From a virus (lineage: Duplodnaviria; Caudoviricetes): a stretch of DNA of 34,341 nucleotides. Position numbers and translations under genes: made by a program. Below are positions 23,866 to 34,300 of the stretch, piece by piece. Each line of letters starts with the position of its first letter. Position 1 is the stretch's first letter. The stretch is from IMG/VR virus record IMGVR_UViG_3300012667_000215, positions 1-34,341 of that record; one strand, given 5' to 3'. The notes below the pieces were generated by a model that saw nothing but the letters and a program-made list of their open reading frames with translations, did no database searches and was not told the DNA's origin.

Positions 23866-25036
23866 TGATACTCGTTATTTTATTATAACAGGTGGTCGTG
23901 GTTCAGGTAAGTCTTTTGAGATAGGTAGGTTTGCATCACTTCTTTCTTATGAACGTGGGCATCGAATATTGTTCACAAGGCAAACTATGACTTCTGCTCA
24001 CCTATCCATTATTCCTGAATTTCAAGAAAAAATTGAACTACTTGAATTGCAAGATGATTTTGAAATATTAAAAAGCGAAATAAAGAATAAAAGGTCAGGC
24101 AGTGAAATATTATTTAAAGGTATAAAAACAAGTAGCGGTGACCAAACAGCTAACTTAAAATCATTGCAAGGGGTTACAACTTGGATATTAGATGAAGCAG
24201 AAGAATTAGTAGATGAGAAAACATTTGATAAAATAAACCTATCAATAAGGCAAAAAGGTAAAAAGAACCGTATAATATTAATTTTAAACCCTGCAACAAA
24301 GGAACATTGGATATACAAGAAATTCTTTGAGCAAAGAGGGGTTATAGAGGGCTACACTGGCATACATCAAGATGCAACATACATTCATACTACTTACATG
24401 AATAACCTTGAAAACCTTGATGAATCGTTTTTAAATGAAATTGAACGAATAAGAGAAAGCAACCCTGCTAAATATAAGCATATTGTTTTAGGTGGTTGGG
24501 TAAATAAAGCAGAGGGAGTTGTATTTACAAATTGGACATTTGGCGAATTTAACCCACATAACTTACAAAGTTCATTTGGATTAGATTTTGGATTTTCTGT
24601 GGACCCTGATGCTTTAAGTGAAGTAGCTATTGACAAAGTACGTAAAATAATATACGTTAAAGAACACTTATACTCAAATGGTTTAAAAACCCACGTATTA
24701 AGCCAAATACTAAAAGATAGAACACAAGGCAAGGTTATCATAGCAGATAGCGCAGAAGACCGTTTAATAGCAGATTTAAGGCATGCAGGTATAAACATAA
24801 GGGCAGTAAAGAAAGGAACGATTGAAAGCGGTATAATCCGAATGCAGAACTATAATATAATAGTTGAGCCAAACAGCCACAATATAGCAAAGGAATTAAA
24901 CAACTATGTTTATGCAGATAAAGCGAGCCACATGTATATTGACAATTGGAATCACATGATAGATTCAATTAGGTATAACGTAATATTCCAACTTGACAAC
25001 CCAAGTTCGGGTAGGTACGCAACAATGAAAATTTAG
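23825..25036 (+). CDS. terL: Terminase large subunit, PBSX/SPP1-like family
   Basis: GGRGSGKS Walker A, ILDEAEE Walker B, LNP, GLDFGFS.DP, ADSAE, NH.IDS.RY. Confidence 0.95.
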   Translation: MIARHKPIWNQLNNDTRYFIITGGRGSGKSFEIGRFASLLSYERGHRILFTRQTMTSAHLSIIPEFQEKIELLELQDDFEILKSEIKNKRSGSEILFKGIKTSSGDQTANLKSLQGVTTWILDEAEELVDEKTFDKINLSIRQKGKKNRIILILNPATKEHWIYKKFFEQRGVIEGYTGIHQDATYIHTTYMNNLENLDESFLNEIERIRESNPAKYKHIVLGGWVNKAEGVVFTNWTFGEFNPHNLQSSFGLDFGFSVDPDALSEVAIDKVRKIIYVKEHLYSNGLKTHVLSQILKDRTQGKVIIADSAEDRLIADLRHAGINIRAVKKGTIESGIIRMQNYNIIVEPNSHNIAKELNNYVYADKASHMYIDNWNHMIDSIRYNVIFQLDNPSSGRYATMKI

Positions 25037-25063
25037 CAAAAAAGTAATAATTTTATATATTAA
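25035..25063 (+). promoter_or_regulatory. Putative late promoter 2 (AGCAAA-N13-TATAT)
   Basis: AGCAAA at 25035-25040, TATAT at 25054. Confidence 0.65.
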
Positions 25064-25068
25064 AGAGA

Positions 25069-25674
25069 ATGAAGTTTGAAAAAATTACCATAAGTCAGTT
25101 TATTAAATGCAAAACAATTGCAGAACTTGAAACAGACCCATTGAACCGAAACATTAAATTGTTAGCTGAATTAACAAACAGAACATTTGATGAAGTTGAG
25201 TCGATGCCAATTGATAAACTTAAACTTGCTTTAAAGTCGTTTAGTGAGATTGAAACCCTAAACCCTAACGCAAAGGTGCAAATGGATTTTAAAGTTAAAG
25301 GAAGACGTTTTAAATGTATTTGGCAAACACAAAAGCTAACAGCAGCACAGTATATTGATGCAACTTCATTCTGCAAAGATGAGGCAAGTATTGTAAACAA
25401 TATCCATAACATACTTGCAGCTATATGTGTTGAAAAGAATTGGTATGGCAAGGTAAAGAAATACGATGGCACTAACCACAAGGAAGTTTCAGACTTGTTT
25501 TTAAACCACATGAAAATAGAAGTAGCTTATCCAATCATGCTTTTTTTTTGCAGGTACTACAAGGAATTAGCAGACAATATCCTAATTTATTTGGAGTCGG
25601 AAGCGAACAAAGCAATGGAGAAAGTGAAGCCAATATTGGACAAACATTCGAAACTAAATGGGGTTGGATTGTAG
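25069..25674 (+). CDS. Tail assembly chaperone (G-like, zero frame)
   Basis: 201 aa; T9 run encoding LFF overlaps a -1 frame ORF. Confidence 0.65.
   Translation: MKFEKITISQFIKCKTIAELETDPLNRNIKLLAELTNRTFDEVESMPIDKLKLALKSFSEIETLNPNAKVQMDFKVKGRRFKCIWQTQKLTAAQYIDATSFCKDEASIVNNIHNILAAICVEKNWYGKVKKYDGTNHKEVSDLFLNHMKIEVAYPIMLFFCRYYKELADNILIYLESEANKAMEKVKPILDKHSKLNGVGL
25542..25548 (+). other. -1 programmed frameshift slippery site T TTT TTT
   Basis: CTT TTT TTT TGC in the zero frame; the -1 frame stays open to 25820. Confidence 0.7.
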
Positions 25675-25820
25675 CGATTAACAACCTTGCAAACAATGAC
25701 AGAGGCAAGTGGGAATACTACTTTGAAATGAATATAATTGAGTTCTTAAATACATTAGTGTTCTTTAAGGATAAAAGCGAAGACGATAAAATAAAATGGC
25801 AAGCAGCGCAAAAGGCATAG
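25548..25820 (+). CDS. Tail assembly chaperone frameshift extension (T-like); fusion about 250 aa
   Basis: -1 frame ORF YPNLFG...F..KWGW...LA..D with no independent ATG near its start. Confidence 0.65.
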   Translation: MQVLQGISRQYPNLFGVGSEQSNGESEANIGQTFETKWGWIVAINNLANNDRGKWEYYFEMNIIEFLNTLVFFKDKSEDDKIKWQAAQKA

Positions 25821-26389
25821 GCGAAAAGTATGGTAGTTCACTTGATAGTTTTGCAAAAGATTTGCAGAGTGGTGTTGATGGTGTTTTTTTAAATTGGGCT
25901 AATGATTCAATTGATATAATGCGTGGCATAATAACAAGGAAAGCAAGAACAAAGCAAGCGAGTACATTAGCAAGTGATATAGCACCTAATCCAATTCCAA
26001 ACGGAATCCAAATAGTAACAACTCAAAATTATTGGGAGTTTGTCGATGAAGGAGTAAAGGGTGTATTTAATAAAAACAAAGCACCTAATAGCAGATTCAG
26101 TTTTAAAAACTTGGGAGTGCCAAAGGATATGCTAAATAGTTTTAAGCAATACATAGCACGAACAGGCAGCAAAGGATTAAGAAAACAAACTTTAATCCGA
26201 AAGAATAAAAAGAAACAAGCAGACTTAATCACTAAAGAAGCAATGGCAATGGCAGTAGCTACTAAAATCGGTGGAATAAAACCAATGAACTATGTAGACC
26301 CTGCGGTTGGTGCTAAACGATTAAAGGTACTAAATAAAGCATTGAGCAAAGAAATGGCAACAACAATAAGATTAGCAATTATAAAATAA
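25796..26389 (+). CDS. HK97 gp10-like tail completion / neck protein
   Basis: Basic 197 aa protein with YWEFVDEG and GIKP..Y..PA. Confidence 0.6.
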   Translation: MASSAKGIGEKYGSSLDSFAKDLQSGVDGVFLNWANDSIDIMRGIITRKARTKQASTLASDIAPNPIPNGIQIVTTQNYWEFVDEGVKGVFNKNKAPNSRFSFKNLGVPKDMLNSFKQYIARTGSKGLRKQTLIRKNKKKQADLITKEAMAMAVATKIGGIKPMNYVDPAVGAKRLKVLNKALSKEMATTIRLAIIK

Positions 26390-27558
26390 TGGCAATAACA
26401 ATAATCACAACACCAAACGAATTTATGGCTGCTTATAATCAAGTGCCATACACAGTAAGTTCAAACAATACTGCACAACCTAATTTCAACTTTATAGTTG
26501 ATGTAAACCAAACAAGTGGAACTAATAACCCATTAGCGAGGTTAAAATATCCAGTGCAACCAAGTAGCACACAATTACAGTTTGACATTGGTAATGTACT
26601 TAAAAACTATGTTAGCTATGACTTTAATAATATAGTTGGTGATGTTGGAACAAATACAAATTCACGTTTAAAATACTTTGTTCAATTCAGAGAACTTTAT
26701 GATGTAAGTGGTGTGCCAACTTTAAGCGGTGTTTTAGCAAGTAACCCAACAGCACCAAGCGCAACAATATTTAAATTTGCTGCAAATGCAATATTTGACT
26801 TTGAAGACTTTACACCAACTGCTTATAGAAATAAAGATGTAGCGACAATTGGTTATTTATCAAACTCAGGAACAGAAAGAATAAACAGCAATGAGGAAAG
26901 GTTTTTGTACTGGTTTGACCCTTTAAGGTTAGTTGTAACAATTAGATATGTTGATTCAAATAATATAAGTGAAGATGTATCTATAAGTTTAACAGCACAA
27001 GAACATTTATTTAGCACAAGAGCAGGCAAATATGCACAAGACGTAATAGTAAATGCAGGTTTAGATTTAACAAATACTTATAAAGTACAATTATTAGGGG
27101 TTACAAATAACGTATTAGCAACTAAAACATTTAATTTAAACACCGAATGCAGCCAATACCCAACAGTAAGACTACATTGGTTAAACAAATTAGGTGGGTT
27201 TGATTCATTTAACTTCAATAAGAACCAAATAAACGCAATGGAAATAGAACGTAAGCAGTTTAAAGCACCATTGCCAATAGGTTATAGCAAGCAAGACAGG
27301 TTAAAAACTAACTACAACACTACAATAAACGACAAAATAACTATTAATAGTGATTGGATAAGCGAACAAGAAAGCGAATTACTTGAAGAGTTAGCAACAT
27401 CGCCTGTAATATATTTAGAAAGAAGCGCAACAGACTTTGTAGCTGTAAACATAACCAACACAAGTTACGAAATAAAGACCTTTTTAACTGATAGAAAAAT
27501 GTTTAATGTAACTTTTGACATTGAATATACATACTCACGTTACAGACAATCGCTATAA
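26389..27558 (+). CDS. Tail/baseplate structural protein
   Basis: 389 aa; C-terminal WLNKLGGFDSFNF and NSDWISE...LEEL..SP.IY motifs. Confidence 0.65.
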   Translation: MAITIITTPNEFMAAYNQVPYTVSSNNTAQPNFNFIVDVNQTSGTNNPLARLKYPVQPSSTQLQFDIGNVLKNYVSYDFNNIVGDVGTNTNSRLKYFVQFRELYDVSGVPTLSGVLASNPTAPSATIFKFAANAIFDFEDFTPTAYRNKDVATIGYLSNSGTERINSNEERFLYWFDPLRLVVTIRYVDSNNISEDVSISLTAQEHLFSTRAGKYAQDVIVNAGLDLTNTYKVQLLGVTNNVLATKTFNLNTECSQYPTVRLHWLNKLGGFDSFNFNKNQINAMEIERKQFKAPLPIGYSKQDRLKTNYNTTINDKITINSDWISEQESELLEELATSPVIYLERSATDFVAVNITNTSYEIKTFLTDRKMFNVTFDIEYTYSRYRQSL

Positions 27559-30374
27559 TGAACCAAAACAGATTAGTAATAAACCAAGTAGCAGGAGCAA
27601 ACATAGTTGAATATGAACTTGACTTGTATGATAATGTACCTTTGCCAATAAACAAAAGTATAATTGATATTCAAAACATAGCAGAACGTAAAAGTGATTT
27701 TACAAAAACTATTACTTTGCCCGGTACGCATAACAACAATGATATATTTAGCAATATATTTAATTTAGCACGTACAACTGAAAACACTAATACTTATAAT
27801 TTTGCACCTGACTTTAACCCAACTTTAAAAGCAGATGCGATACTTTATAAGAATGGTATTGCAATGATTCAAGGTTACTTACAGCTAACAAATATAAATA
27901 TAGTTGACGATTACCAAATTGAATACGAAATAATAATAATTGGTAGAACTGCAAACTTGTTTCAAGACTTAGGCGAAAAGAAATTAAACGAACTTGATTT
28001 AAGCGCATACGACCACACATGGAACTTTACAAACATTGAAAACAGTTGGACACCAAGTGCATCACGTGGTTACTACTATGGATTAATTGACCAAGGATTA
28101 AGCAATAATCAAAAAGGGTTTTTTACTTCTGACATGAAGCCACAAATATTCGCACGAACAATAATAGATGCAATATTTAAAGATGCAGGTTATAGGTACG
28201 CATCACTATTCTTTACAAGTGGCAATTTCAATAAGTTAGTAGTTCCAACCACACAAGACAAATTATTATTAAGTACTAATGAGGTAACTGATAGAACATT
28301 TAAAGGCGATAGATTAACTGATAGTACACCAACTGCATTAACTAATTTTACTACATTACCTTACGTTTATAATTCATTATCATTTGACAATATTGGAATA
28401 CAATCAACACCTGCTGGTTATGATGACACGACTTCACAATTTGAAGTTCAAACAGCAGGATATTATCAATTTGGAATAAATATAAATATCACTAATATAT
28501 TAAGTGGTAGTGGTAGAATAAACAGACAAGAGTTTCATATTATAAGAACAAGCGGTGCAACATCTTCAATAATAGGAACGAACAGAATAATAGGAACTAA
28601 CCAACCAACTGCAACAACAAGTTATAGTACTTATTACGAATGTGATAGAATATATTGTGAAGTAGGTGATATTATAGAAGTTAAACTTTTAAGCACGTTT
28701 ACAGGTACTTGGAGTTTTAGCTTATTACCTGAATCTGCATTCTTTTCAATTCCTGACCCTGTTATTATTATTGGTGAACCTATGCGCCTTGCGTCTTGTT
28801 TGCCAAGTGATATTAAACAAGCAGACTTTTTAGCATCAATTATTAAGATGTTTAATCTTTATGTTTCAGTTGATGAACTTGATGACAAGAAATTAAAAAT
28901 TGAAACACGTGATGTTTATTTTACGAATGACACAGTAGACCTAAGTAATAAAATTGATGTAAGCAGAGGTGTTCAAGTTAAACCATTAGGAGCATTAAAG
29001 TATAAGGACTATACCTTTGCAATGCAAGAAGACAAGGATGAGTTAAATGTAATATATCAAAAGCAATATACCTATCCATACGGAACAAAAAGGCATACAG
29101 TACCTAATGACTTTATAACAGAAAGCTATAAAACAGAAGTAGTCTTTGCGCCAACACCATTAGAATCATTTAAAAATCCTTTAATAGTAACAAGCAGAAT
29201 TTGTTTTTTAGATTCAAATAATAACCCTACACGTGGCACATCAAAATTAAGGCTATTAGTTGCAGGTGGTTTAAGCCCAGTAATAGGTGTTGATTATTTT
29301 CATTTTGAAGACCCTGACGGAACACGACATTATTTTGATTCTTATGCTTATGTAGGGCATTACGATAATATAGCAGCACCGACATTTGATGTAAACTTTA
29401 CAACACCGATTCAACTATTTTATAAAACAGGATTCCTAACTACTCAAACAAGTAATAATATTTACAATGTTTACCATAAAAAAGGTATTGAAGAAATTAC
29501 AAACAAGGATTCTAAATTAGTTACTTACTATGTAAAGTTAAGCGAAGTTGAAATAAACAATCTATCATTTAGAAGTTCATATTTTATAGACAAGCAATAT
29601 TATAGACTTTATGAAATAGATTTTGATAGTAACAGCGAAGAGCCTGCAAAATTAACTTTCTTAAAACTTGCAGTTGCACCTGCATTCGTACCTTATAACT
29701 TAGTAACTAATGGTGGTGGTGGTGGTGAGGGTTCAGCATACGAACAAGTAGTAACAAGGAATGGCAGTCAATACCCAAAAGGAGTTGATGTAATAGGTCA
29801 AGGAAGTGAAAACACATTAGAAGGATTTGAGCAGATAGTAAATTCAACAGGTAACTATGTAAACGCAAACCAAGTAAACGTATTAGGTGGCTCTAATAAC
29901 ACTATTTTAGAGAATGGTGGAACTTACATAGGAACAAATGATTATACAAGTGTAAGAGAGGGTGAAACAGTAATAAACAATATTGACCAACCATTACTTG
30001 TAAGTAGAGTTTTAACAGTTTCAGAACTTCAAAATTTAAGAACAGTACCAATTGAAATATTACCTATACAAAGTGGTTATTGGGTTGAGGTTTATGATGC
30101 TTATGTAACTATGTTTTTTGGAGCATCTACACCAACTGCATATAATAACCATAAATTGACATTGCAATACAATGGCGATGGCACACACTTGTTAGAATTT
30201 GACAATGGAATAACAGCAGTAACCACAGCAACAAAACAAAGAGGAGTAAACATTAACGATTTACCTTTTAAAAATTTAGCAATTGAACTTCATAGTGCAG
30301 GTAATTTAGGAGCAGCAGGAAACGGACAATTGTTAATAGAAGTAGAATACAGATTACACCCAATTATAGCATAA
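27558..30374 (+). CDS. Tail tip / baseplate hub protein with C-terminal extension
   Basis: 938 aa; LDLY, SDFTKTITLPGT..NN.IF, IKQ.DFL.SIIKMFNL; poly-Gly linker before the C-terminal domain. Confidence 0.7.
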   Translation: MNQNRLVINQVAGANIVEYELDLYDNVPLPINKSIIDIQNIAERKSDFTKTITLPGTHNNNDIFSNIFNLARTTENTNTYNFAPDFNPTLKADAILYKNGIAMIQGYLQLTNINIVDDYQIEYEIIIIGRTANLFQDLGEKKLNELDLSAYDHTWNFTNIENSWTPSASRGYYYGLIDQGLSNNQKGFFTSDMKPQIFARTIIDAIFKDAGYRYASLFFTSGNFNKLVVPTTQDKLLLSTNEVTDRTFKGDRLTDSTPTALTNFTTLPYVYNSLSFDNIGIQSTPAGYDDTTSQFEVQTAGYYQFGININITNILSGSGRINRQEFHIIRTSGATSSIIGTNRIIGTNQPTATTSYSTYYECDRIYCEVGDIIEVKLLSTFTGTWSFSLLPESAFFSIPDPVIIIGEPMRLASCLPSDIKQADFLASIIKMFNLYVSVDELDDKKLKIETRDVYFTNDTVDLSNKIDVSRGVQVKPLGALKYKDYTFAMQEDKDELNVIYQKQYTYPYGTKRHTVPNDFITESYKTEVVFAPTPLESFKNPLIVTSRICFLDSNNNPTRGTSKLRLLVAGGLSPVIGVDYFHFEDPDGTRHYFDSYAYVGHYDNIAAPTFDVNFTTPIQLFYKTGFLTTQTSNNIYNVYHKKGIEEITNKDSKLVTYYVKLSEVEINNLSFRSSYFIDKQYYRLYEIDFDSNSEEPAKLTFLKLAVAPAFVPYNLVTNGGGGGEGSAYEQVVTRNGSQYPKGVDVIGQGSENTLEGFEQIVNSTGNYVNANQVNVLGGSNNTILENGGTYIGTNDYTSVREGETVINNIDQPLLVSRVLTVSELQNLRTVPIEILPIQSGYWVEVYDAYVTMFFGASTPTAYNNHKLTLQYNGDGTHLLEFDNGITAVTTATKQRGVNINDLPFKNLAIELHSAGNLGAAGNGQLLIEVEYRLHPIIA

Positions 30375-32122
30375 TGGCAAACGAAAAAATAGTATTTGAC
30401 ACCGAAGTAAAAGTAGGTGGTTCAGTAGGTTCAATAAAAAGTTTAAAATCTGAACTTAAAGATTTAAGAAACCAATTAGGAACACTTGAACAAGGTAGCG
30501 AAGCATTTAATAAAGCAGCGACAAGAGCAGGTCAATTACAAGATAAGATTAGAGGGGTAAATGATGCTATTGAAAATGCAGACCCTGAAAAAAAGTTTGC
30601 ACCATTTGCAAGAACAATATCAGGTTTAGCAGGTGGATTTGCAGCAGCACAAGGCGCAATGGCTTTGTTTGGCTCTGAAAGTGAAGACTTACAAAAAACA
30701 TTAGTTAAAGTACAAGGTGCAATGGCTTTAAGTCAAGGTTTAAATTCATTACTTGAGTTTAAAAATGATTTTAAAGATTTAGGTGGAATGATTATAAAAA
30801 ATGTTGTTAAAGCATTTACAACATTAAGAGGTGCAATTATAGCAACAGGCATAGGCGCACTGGCGGTATCAGTGGGTATATTAATTACAAATTGGAAGGA
30901 ATTTAGCAAAGCTATAACAGATGCATTTCCTGCATTTAAAGCGCTTACTGATTTTTTTGGAAATTTAAAACAAGTTGCAGCAGGTACATTACAAGGAATT
31001 GTTCAAGGGTTTAAAGTATTAGGAACAGTTGTAACAAAAATATTTCAAGGTGATTTTTCAGGTGCTATTGATGCTGCTAAAACATTTGGCGAAAAAGTAG
31101 CAGTAGCATATAATTTAGGTTATGCGGAAGAGGACAGAAAAATAAAAATTCAAAATGGTTTAAAAGATAGGCAATTTGCATTAGATTTAGAAGAGGCAAA
31201 AGGTAAAGATATAAAAGCAAAAAGAATTAAATTAATGCAAGATGAGTTATCTTTATTAGAAAAAGGTAGCGAAGAGTACAATGCGAAATTAATTGAAATT
31301 GAAAAATTAAGAACTGAAATAAGAGGTGAGGCAAAAGCAAAAAAAGATAAAGAAGACGAAGAGGCTAAAAAGAAAAGAGAAGCATTTGATAAAGATAATT
31401 TAGAACGTGCAAAAGAATATGATGACAAAGAAAAGAAAAGAATAGAAGATACAAGAGCAAGAAATAAATCTTTAATTGTATCGGAACAAGAACAAAGAGC
31501 ATCACACATAAACGATTTAAATGATATAGCAAAAGACGAAGTTTTAACTGCTCAAGAAAGGTATGCAGCATTAGATGAATTGAATCAAAGAGGGTTACTA
31601 TCTGACAAACAAACAAGCGATGCAAAAATAGCAATAGCACAAAAAGAAGCAGAAGCGAAAAAACAACTACTACAAACAACAGCACAAATATTAGGAAGTT
31701 TAAGTGATTTAGCAGGTAAGCAAACCGAAGAGGGAAAAGTTTTAGCAATAGCACAAGCGACAATAGATACTTATTTAAGTGCAAGTGCTGCATATACAGC
31801 AGCATTAGCAACAGGCCCAGCAGGTTTAGTATTAGCACCATTAGCAGCAGGAGCAGCAATATTAGCAGGTATAGCAAGAGTTAAAGCAATTTCAGATGTT
31901 CAAGTTCCTAATGGTGGCGGTGGAGGTGGTGGTGGAAATATAACAGCACCAAGCGCACCAAGAATACCACAATCAATAAATGGAACTATGTTAAGCCAAA
32001 ATAAACCATTAGACACAACCAATGTAGGTGGCACAGTTGGAAAAGTTTATGTAACTGAAACAGACATAACCGATACACAAGACAAAGTAAAAGGAATTAT
32101 ACGCAAAGCAACTATAAAATAA
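30374..32122 (+). CDS. Tape measure protein (short, 582 aa)
   Basis: Ala/Gly-rich amphipathic helices, hydrophobic segments, charged coiled coil, C-terminal KVYVTETDIT. Confidence 0.75.
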   Translation: MANEKIVFDTEVKVGGSVGSIKSLKSELKDLRNQLGTLEQGSEAFNKAATRAGQLQDKIRGVNDAIENADPEKKFAPFARTISGLAGGFAAAQGAMALFGSESEDLQKTLVKVQGAMALSQGLNSLLEFKNDFKDLGGMIIKNVVKAFTTLRGAIIATGIGALAVSVGILITNWKEFSKAITDAFPAFKALTDFFGNLKQVAAGTLQGIVQGFKVLGTVVTKIFQGDFSGAIDAAKTFGEKVAVAYNLGYAEEDRKIKIQNGLKDRQFALDLEEAKGKDIKAKRIKLMQDELSLLEKGSEEYNAKLIEIEKLRTEIRGEAKAKKDKEDEEAKKKREAFDKDNLERAKEYDDKEKKRIEDTRARNKSLIVSEQEQRASHINDLNDIAKDEVLTAQERYAALDELNQRGLLSDKQTSDAKIAIAQKEAEAKKQLLQTTAQILGSLSDLAGKQTEEGKVLAIAQATIDTYLSASAAYTAALATGPAGLVLAPLAAGAAILAGIARVKAISDVQVPNGGGGGGGGNITAPSAPRIPQSINGTMLSQNKPLDTTNVGGTVGKVYVTETDITDTQDKVKGIIRKATIK

Positions 32123-32130
32123 TCCTAAAA

Positions 32131-32159
32131 AGCAAATACTAAATTAATTTATATTTATT
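32131..32159 (+). promoter_or_regulatory. Putative late promoter 3 (AGCAAA-N13-TATAT)
   Basis: AGCAAA at 32131-32136, TATAT at 32150. Confidence 0.65.
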
Positions 32160-32164
32160 AAAGA

Positions 32165-32746
32165 ATGGACAAATTACCTATTTACAGATTCATAGTATTG
32201 GAAGACGATGAGGCGCAATTGGAAGCAGTAGCGTTTGTTGATGTTCCTGCAATAGAAATGAACTGGCAAGCATTTAGTAGCAAACAATATTCGTTTAAAG
32301 CAGACGCAGAAAAAAGAATTATTTCAGGACCTTTAATGGTTGCAGAATTACCTATTTATAGACGTGATGAAAGCGGTGAGTATTATGGTGTATTCCAAAA
32401 AGAAGACATTTACAATTTAAGAAACAAATTCTTTAAGCAAGGTAAATCAAATCTTGTAAACGAAATGCACAACAGCGACAAAATGATTGAAGGTGTGTAT
32501 ATGATTGAATCTTTTTTAATTGATGAGGCACGAGGTATAAATGCACCAAAAGGATATAACTTAACAGACGGTTCTTGGTTCGGTTCTTATAAGATTGACA
32601 ACGATGAAATTTGGAATGAGTTTATAAAGTCAGGTGAGTTTAAAGGTTTCAGTGTAGAGGGAATATTTAACACAGTTAAGATAGACGAGAAGCCACAAAC
32701 AATAATAGAAGACATAATCAATATAATAAAAAACATAAATGAATAA
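32165..32746 (+). CDS. Prohead protease, XkdF-like serine protease
   Basis: VD.PAIE, RII.GP, NEMH, GSW....K, GEFKGFSVEG.F. Confidence 0.85.
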   Translation: MDKLPIYRFIVLEDDEAQLEAVAFVDVPAIEMNWQAFSSKQYSFKADAEKRIISGPLMVAELPIYRRDESGEYYGVFQKEDIYNLRNKFFKQGKSNLVNEMHNSDKMIEGVYMIESFLIDEARGINAPKGYNLTDGSWFGSYKIDNDEIWNEFIKSGEFKGFSVEGIFNTVKIDEKPQTIIEDIINIIKNINE

Positions 32747-33335
32747 ACCTAAATTAACAGCCAAAGAAGCGATAATGCGAATTGGCAATTTATTAAAAAT
32801 GGATTTTGCAAAGGTAGAGAAATTTAACAGCGCAAAATTAGCAGATGGAACAGAAGTAATGTGGGATGGTGAATTAGCTGAAGGAACTGCAATCATGGTA
32901 GTATCTGAAGACGGAAACCAAATGCCTGCACCTGATGCTAAACACGAGTTAGAAGATGGCACAATGGTAACCACAGTAGGTGGATTAGTAACTGCAATCG
33001 AACCTAAAAAAGAAAAAGAAGTTGAAGTAGAAGTTGAGTTAGCTGCTGCACCTGATATGAGCAAAATGGAAGAAAGGCTTATGGCTTGTGAAAGTAAGAT
33101 GACTGAAATGGAAACTAAAATGGCTGAAATGTTTTCAAACTACGAAAACAAAATTGAAGAAATGGTTAAAAGCAATATGGGTAAGTTTGAAGCAATTAGT
33201 AAAATCGTAGAAGAAATTGCAGCAGAACCAATCGTAGTTGTAGATTCACCAAAGAACTCAACATTCAGTAAAAAAGAACGTACAATGTCAACTATTGAAC
33301 GTATTGCACAATTCAAAAAATTACAAAACAAATAA
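32739..33335 (+). CDS. Capsid scaffolding protein
   Basis: Acidic; L.DGT, PAPD..HELEDG; coiled coil; lies between protease and MCP. Confidence 0.75.
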   Translation: MNKPKLTAKEAIMRIGNLLKMDFAKVEKFNSAKLADGTEVMWDGELAEGTAIMVVSEDGNQMPAPDAKHELEDGTMVTTVGGLVTAIEPKKEKEVEVEVELAAAPDMSKMEERLMACESKMTEMETKMAEMFSNYENKIEEMVKSNMGKFEAISKIVEEIAAEPIVVVDSPKNSTFSKKERTMSTIERIAQFKKLQNK

Positions 33336-33358
33336 ACTAAAAACAAAAACTAAAAAAA

Positions 33359-34300
33359 ATGGCATTTAACGTAACAGCCTTAGCGGCATACACTAAAACC
33401 AATGAAAATTTATTGGTAACTCGTTCGTTTTTCGAACCTAAAACTGCATCAAGAATGCAAATCTTAACAGGTGTTAAGTCAACTATTCAAGTACCTGCAT
33501 TGTCAGATTCATTAATTTGGCAAAATGGCGACAATTGTGGATTCACTGCAAGTGGTGATACTACTATTTCTGCTCGTGTTTTAACAGTAGGTAGAATCAA
33601 AGTAAACAAAGAATGGTGTATTAATGATTTAGAAACTAAATACACTCAATTATTGTTATCACCGGGTTCTAATTATGATGCTTTACCAGGTGGTATTGAT
33701 GCAGCATTCGTAGAAACTATTTTAGGAACTACAAAAGAAGATGTTGAGAAAGCAATTTGGAGAGGTGACACAGCAAGTGCAAACTCACAATTGAAGCAAT
33801 TTGATGGTTTAGTTAAAATCATTAACGCAGCATCAGGAACAGTTCAAGCTAACGCAACTCCTTTCATTGCAACAGCAGTAACTGCAATCACAGCAGCAAA
33901 CATTATCTCGGTAGTACAAGCAGTATATTCTGCAATACCAGTAGAGATTTTAGATAAGCCTGATTTGACAGTTTACATGGGTGTAGACAATTTCAGAACT
34001 TACCAATTAGCTTTAACTAATGCAAATCTTTTCAATTTCATTGCAACTGATAACGCATTAGGACAAATGAAGATTCACGGAACTAACGTGACTATCGTTT
34101 CAACTCCAGGCTTAACTTCAACTAACGCAATCTATGCTTTAAGAGATAGCAATATGTTCTTGGGTGTTGATTTAGAAAACGAACAAGAAGATTTCAAATT
34201 CTGGTATTCAGAAGACTTCGATTTAGTTCGTTTCAAATACAGAACTAAACTTGGTGTTCAAGTTTCACAAGTTCAAGAAATCGTTAAATTCACAATTTAA
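33359..34300 (+). CDS. Major capsid protein
   Basis: 313 aa, biased codon use; GVKS, CGFTASG, E..IW.GD, FDG motifs; follows protease and scaffold. Confidence 0.85.
   Translation: MAFNVTALAAYTKTNENLLVTRSFFEPKTASRMQILTGVKSTIQVPALSDSLIWQNGDNCGFTASGDTTISARVLTVGRIKVNKEWCINDLETKYTQLLLSPGSNYDALPGGIDAAFVETILGTTKEDVEKAIWRGDTASANSQLKQFDGLVKIINAASGTVQANATPFIATAVTAITAANIISVVQAVYSAIPVEILDKPDLTVYMGVDNFRTYQLALTNANLFNFIATDNALGQMKIHGTNVTIVSTPGLTSTNAIYALRDSNMFLGVDLENEQEDFKFWYSEDFDLVRFKYRTKLGVQVSQVQEIVKFTI

Noticed and set aside
31912-31936. GGT/GGC/GGA runs here and at about 29712-29726
   Set aside because: They encode poly-Gly linkers in the tape measure and tail tip proteins.
977-33346. All minus-strand ORFs in the track (e.g. 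24394-24798, 25095-25511, 31365-31877, 32630-33064)
   Set aside because: They lie antisense to well-supported + strand genes, are Leu/Ser/Phe-biased shadows of A-rich coding sequence, and show no recognisable motifs.
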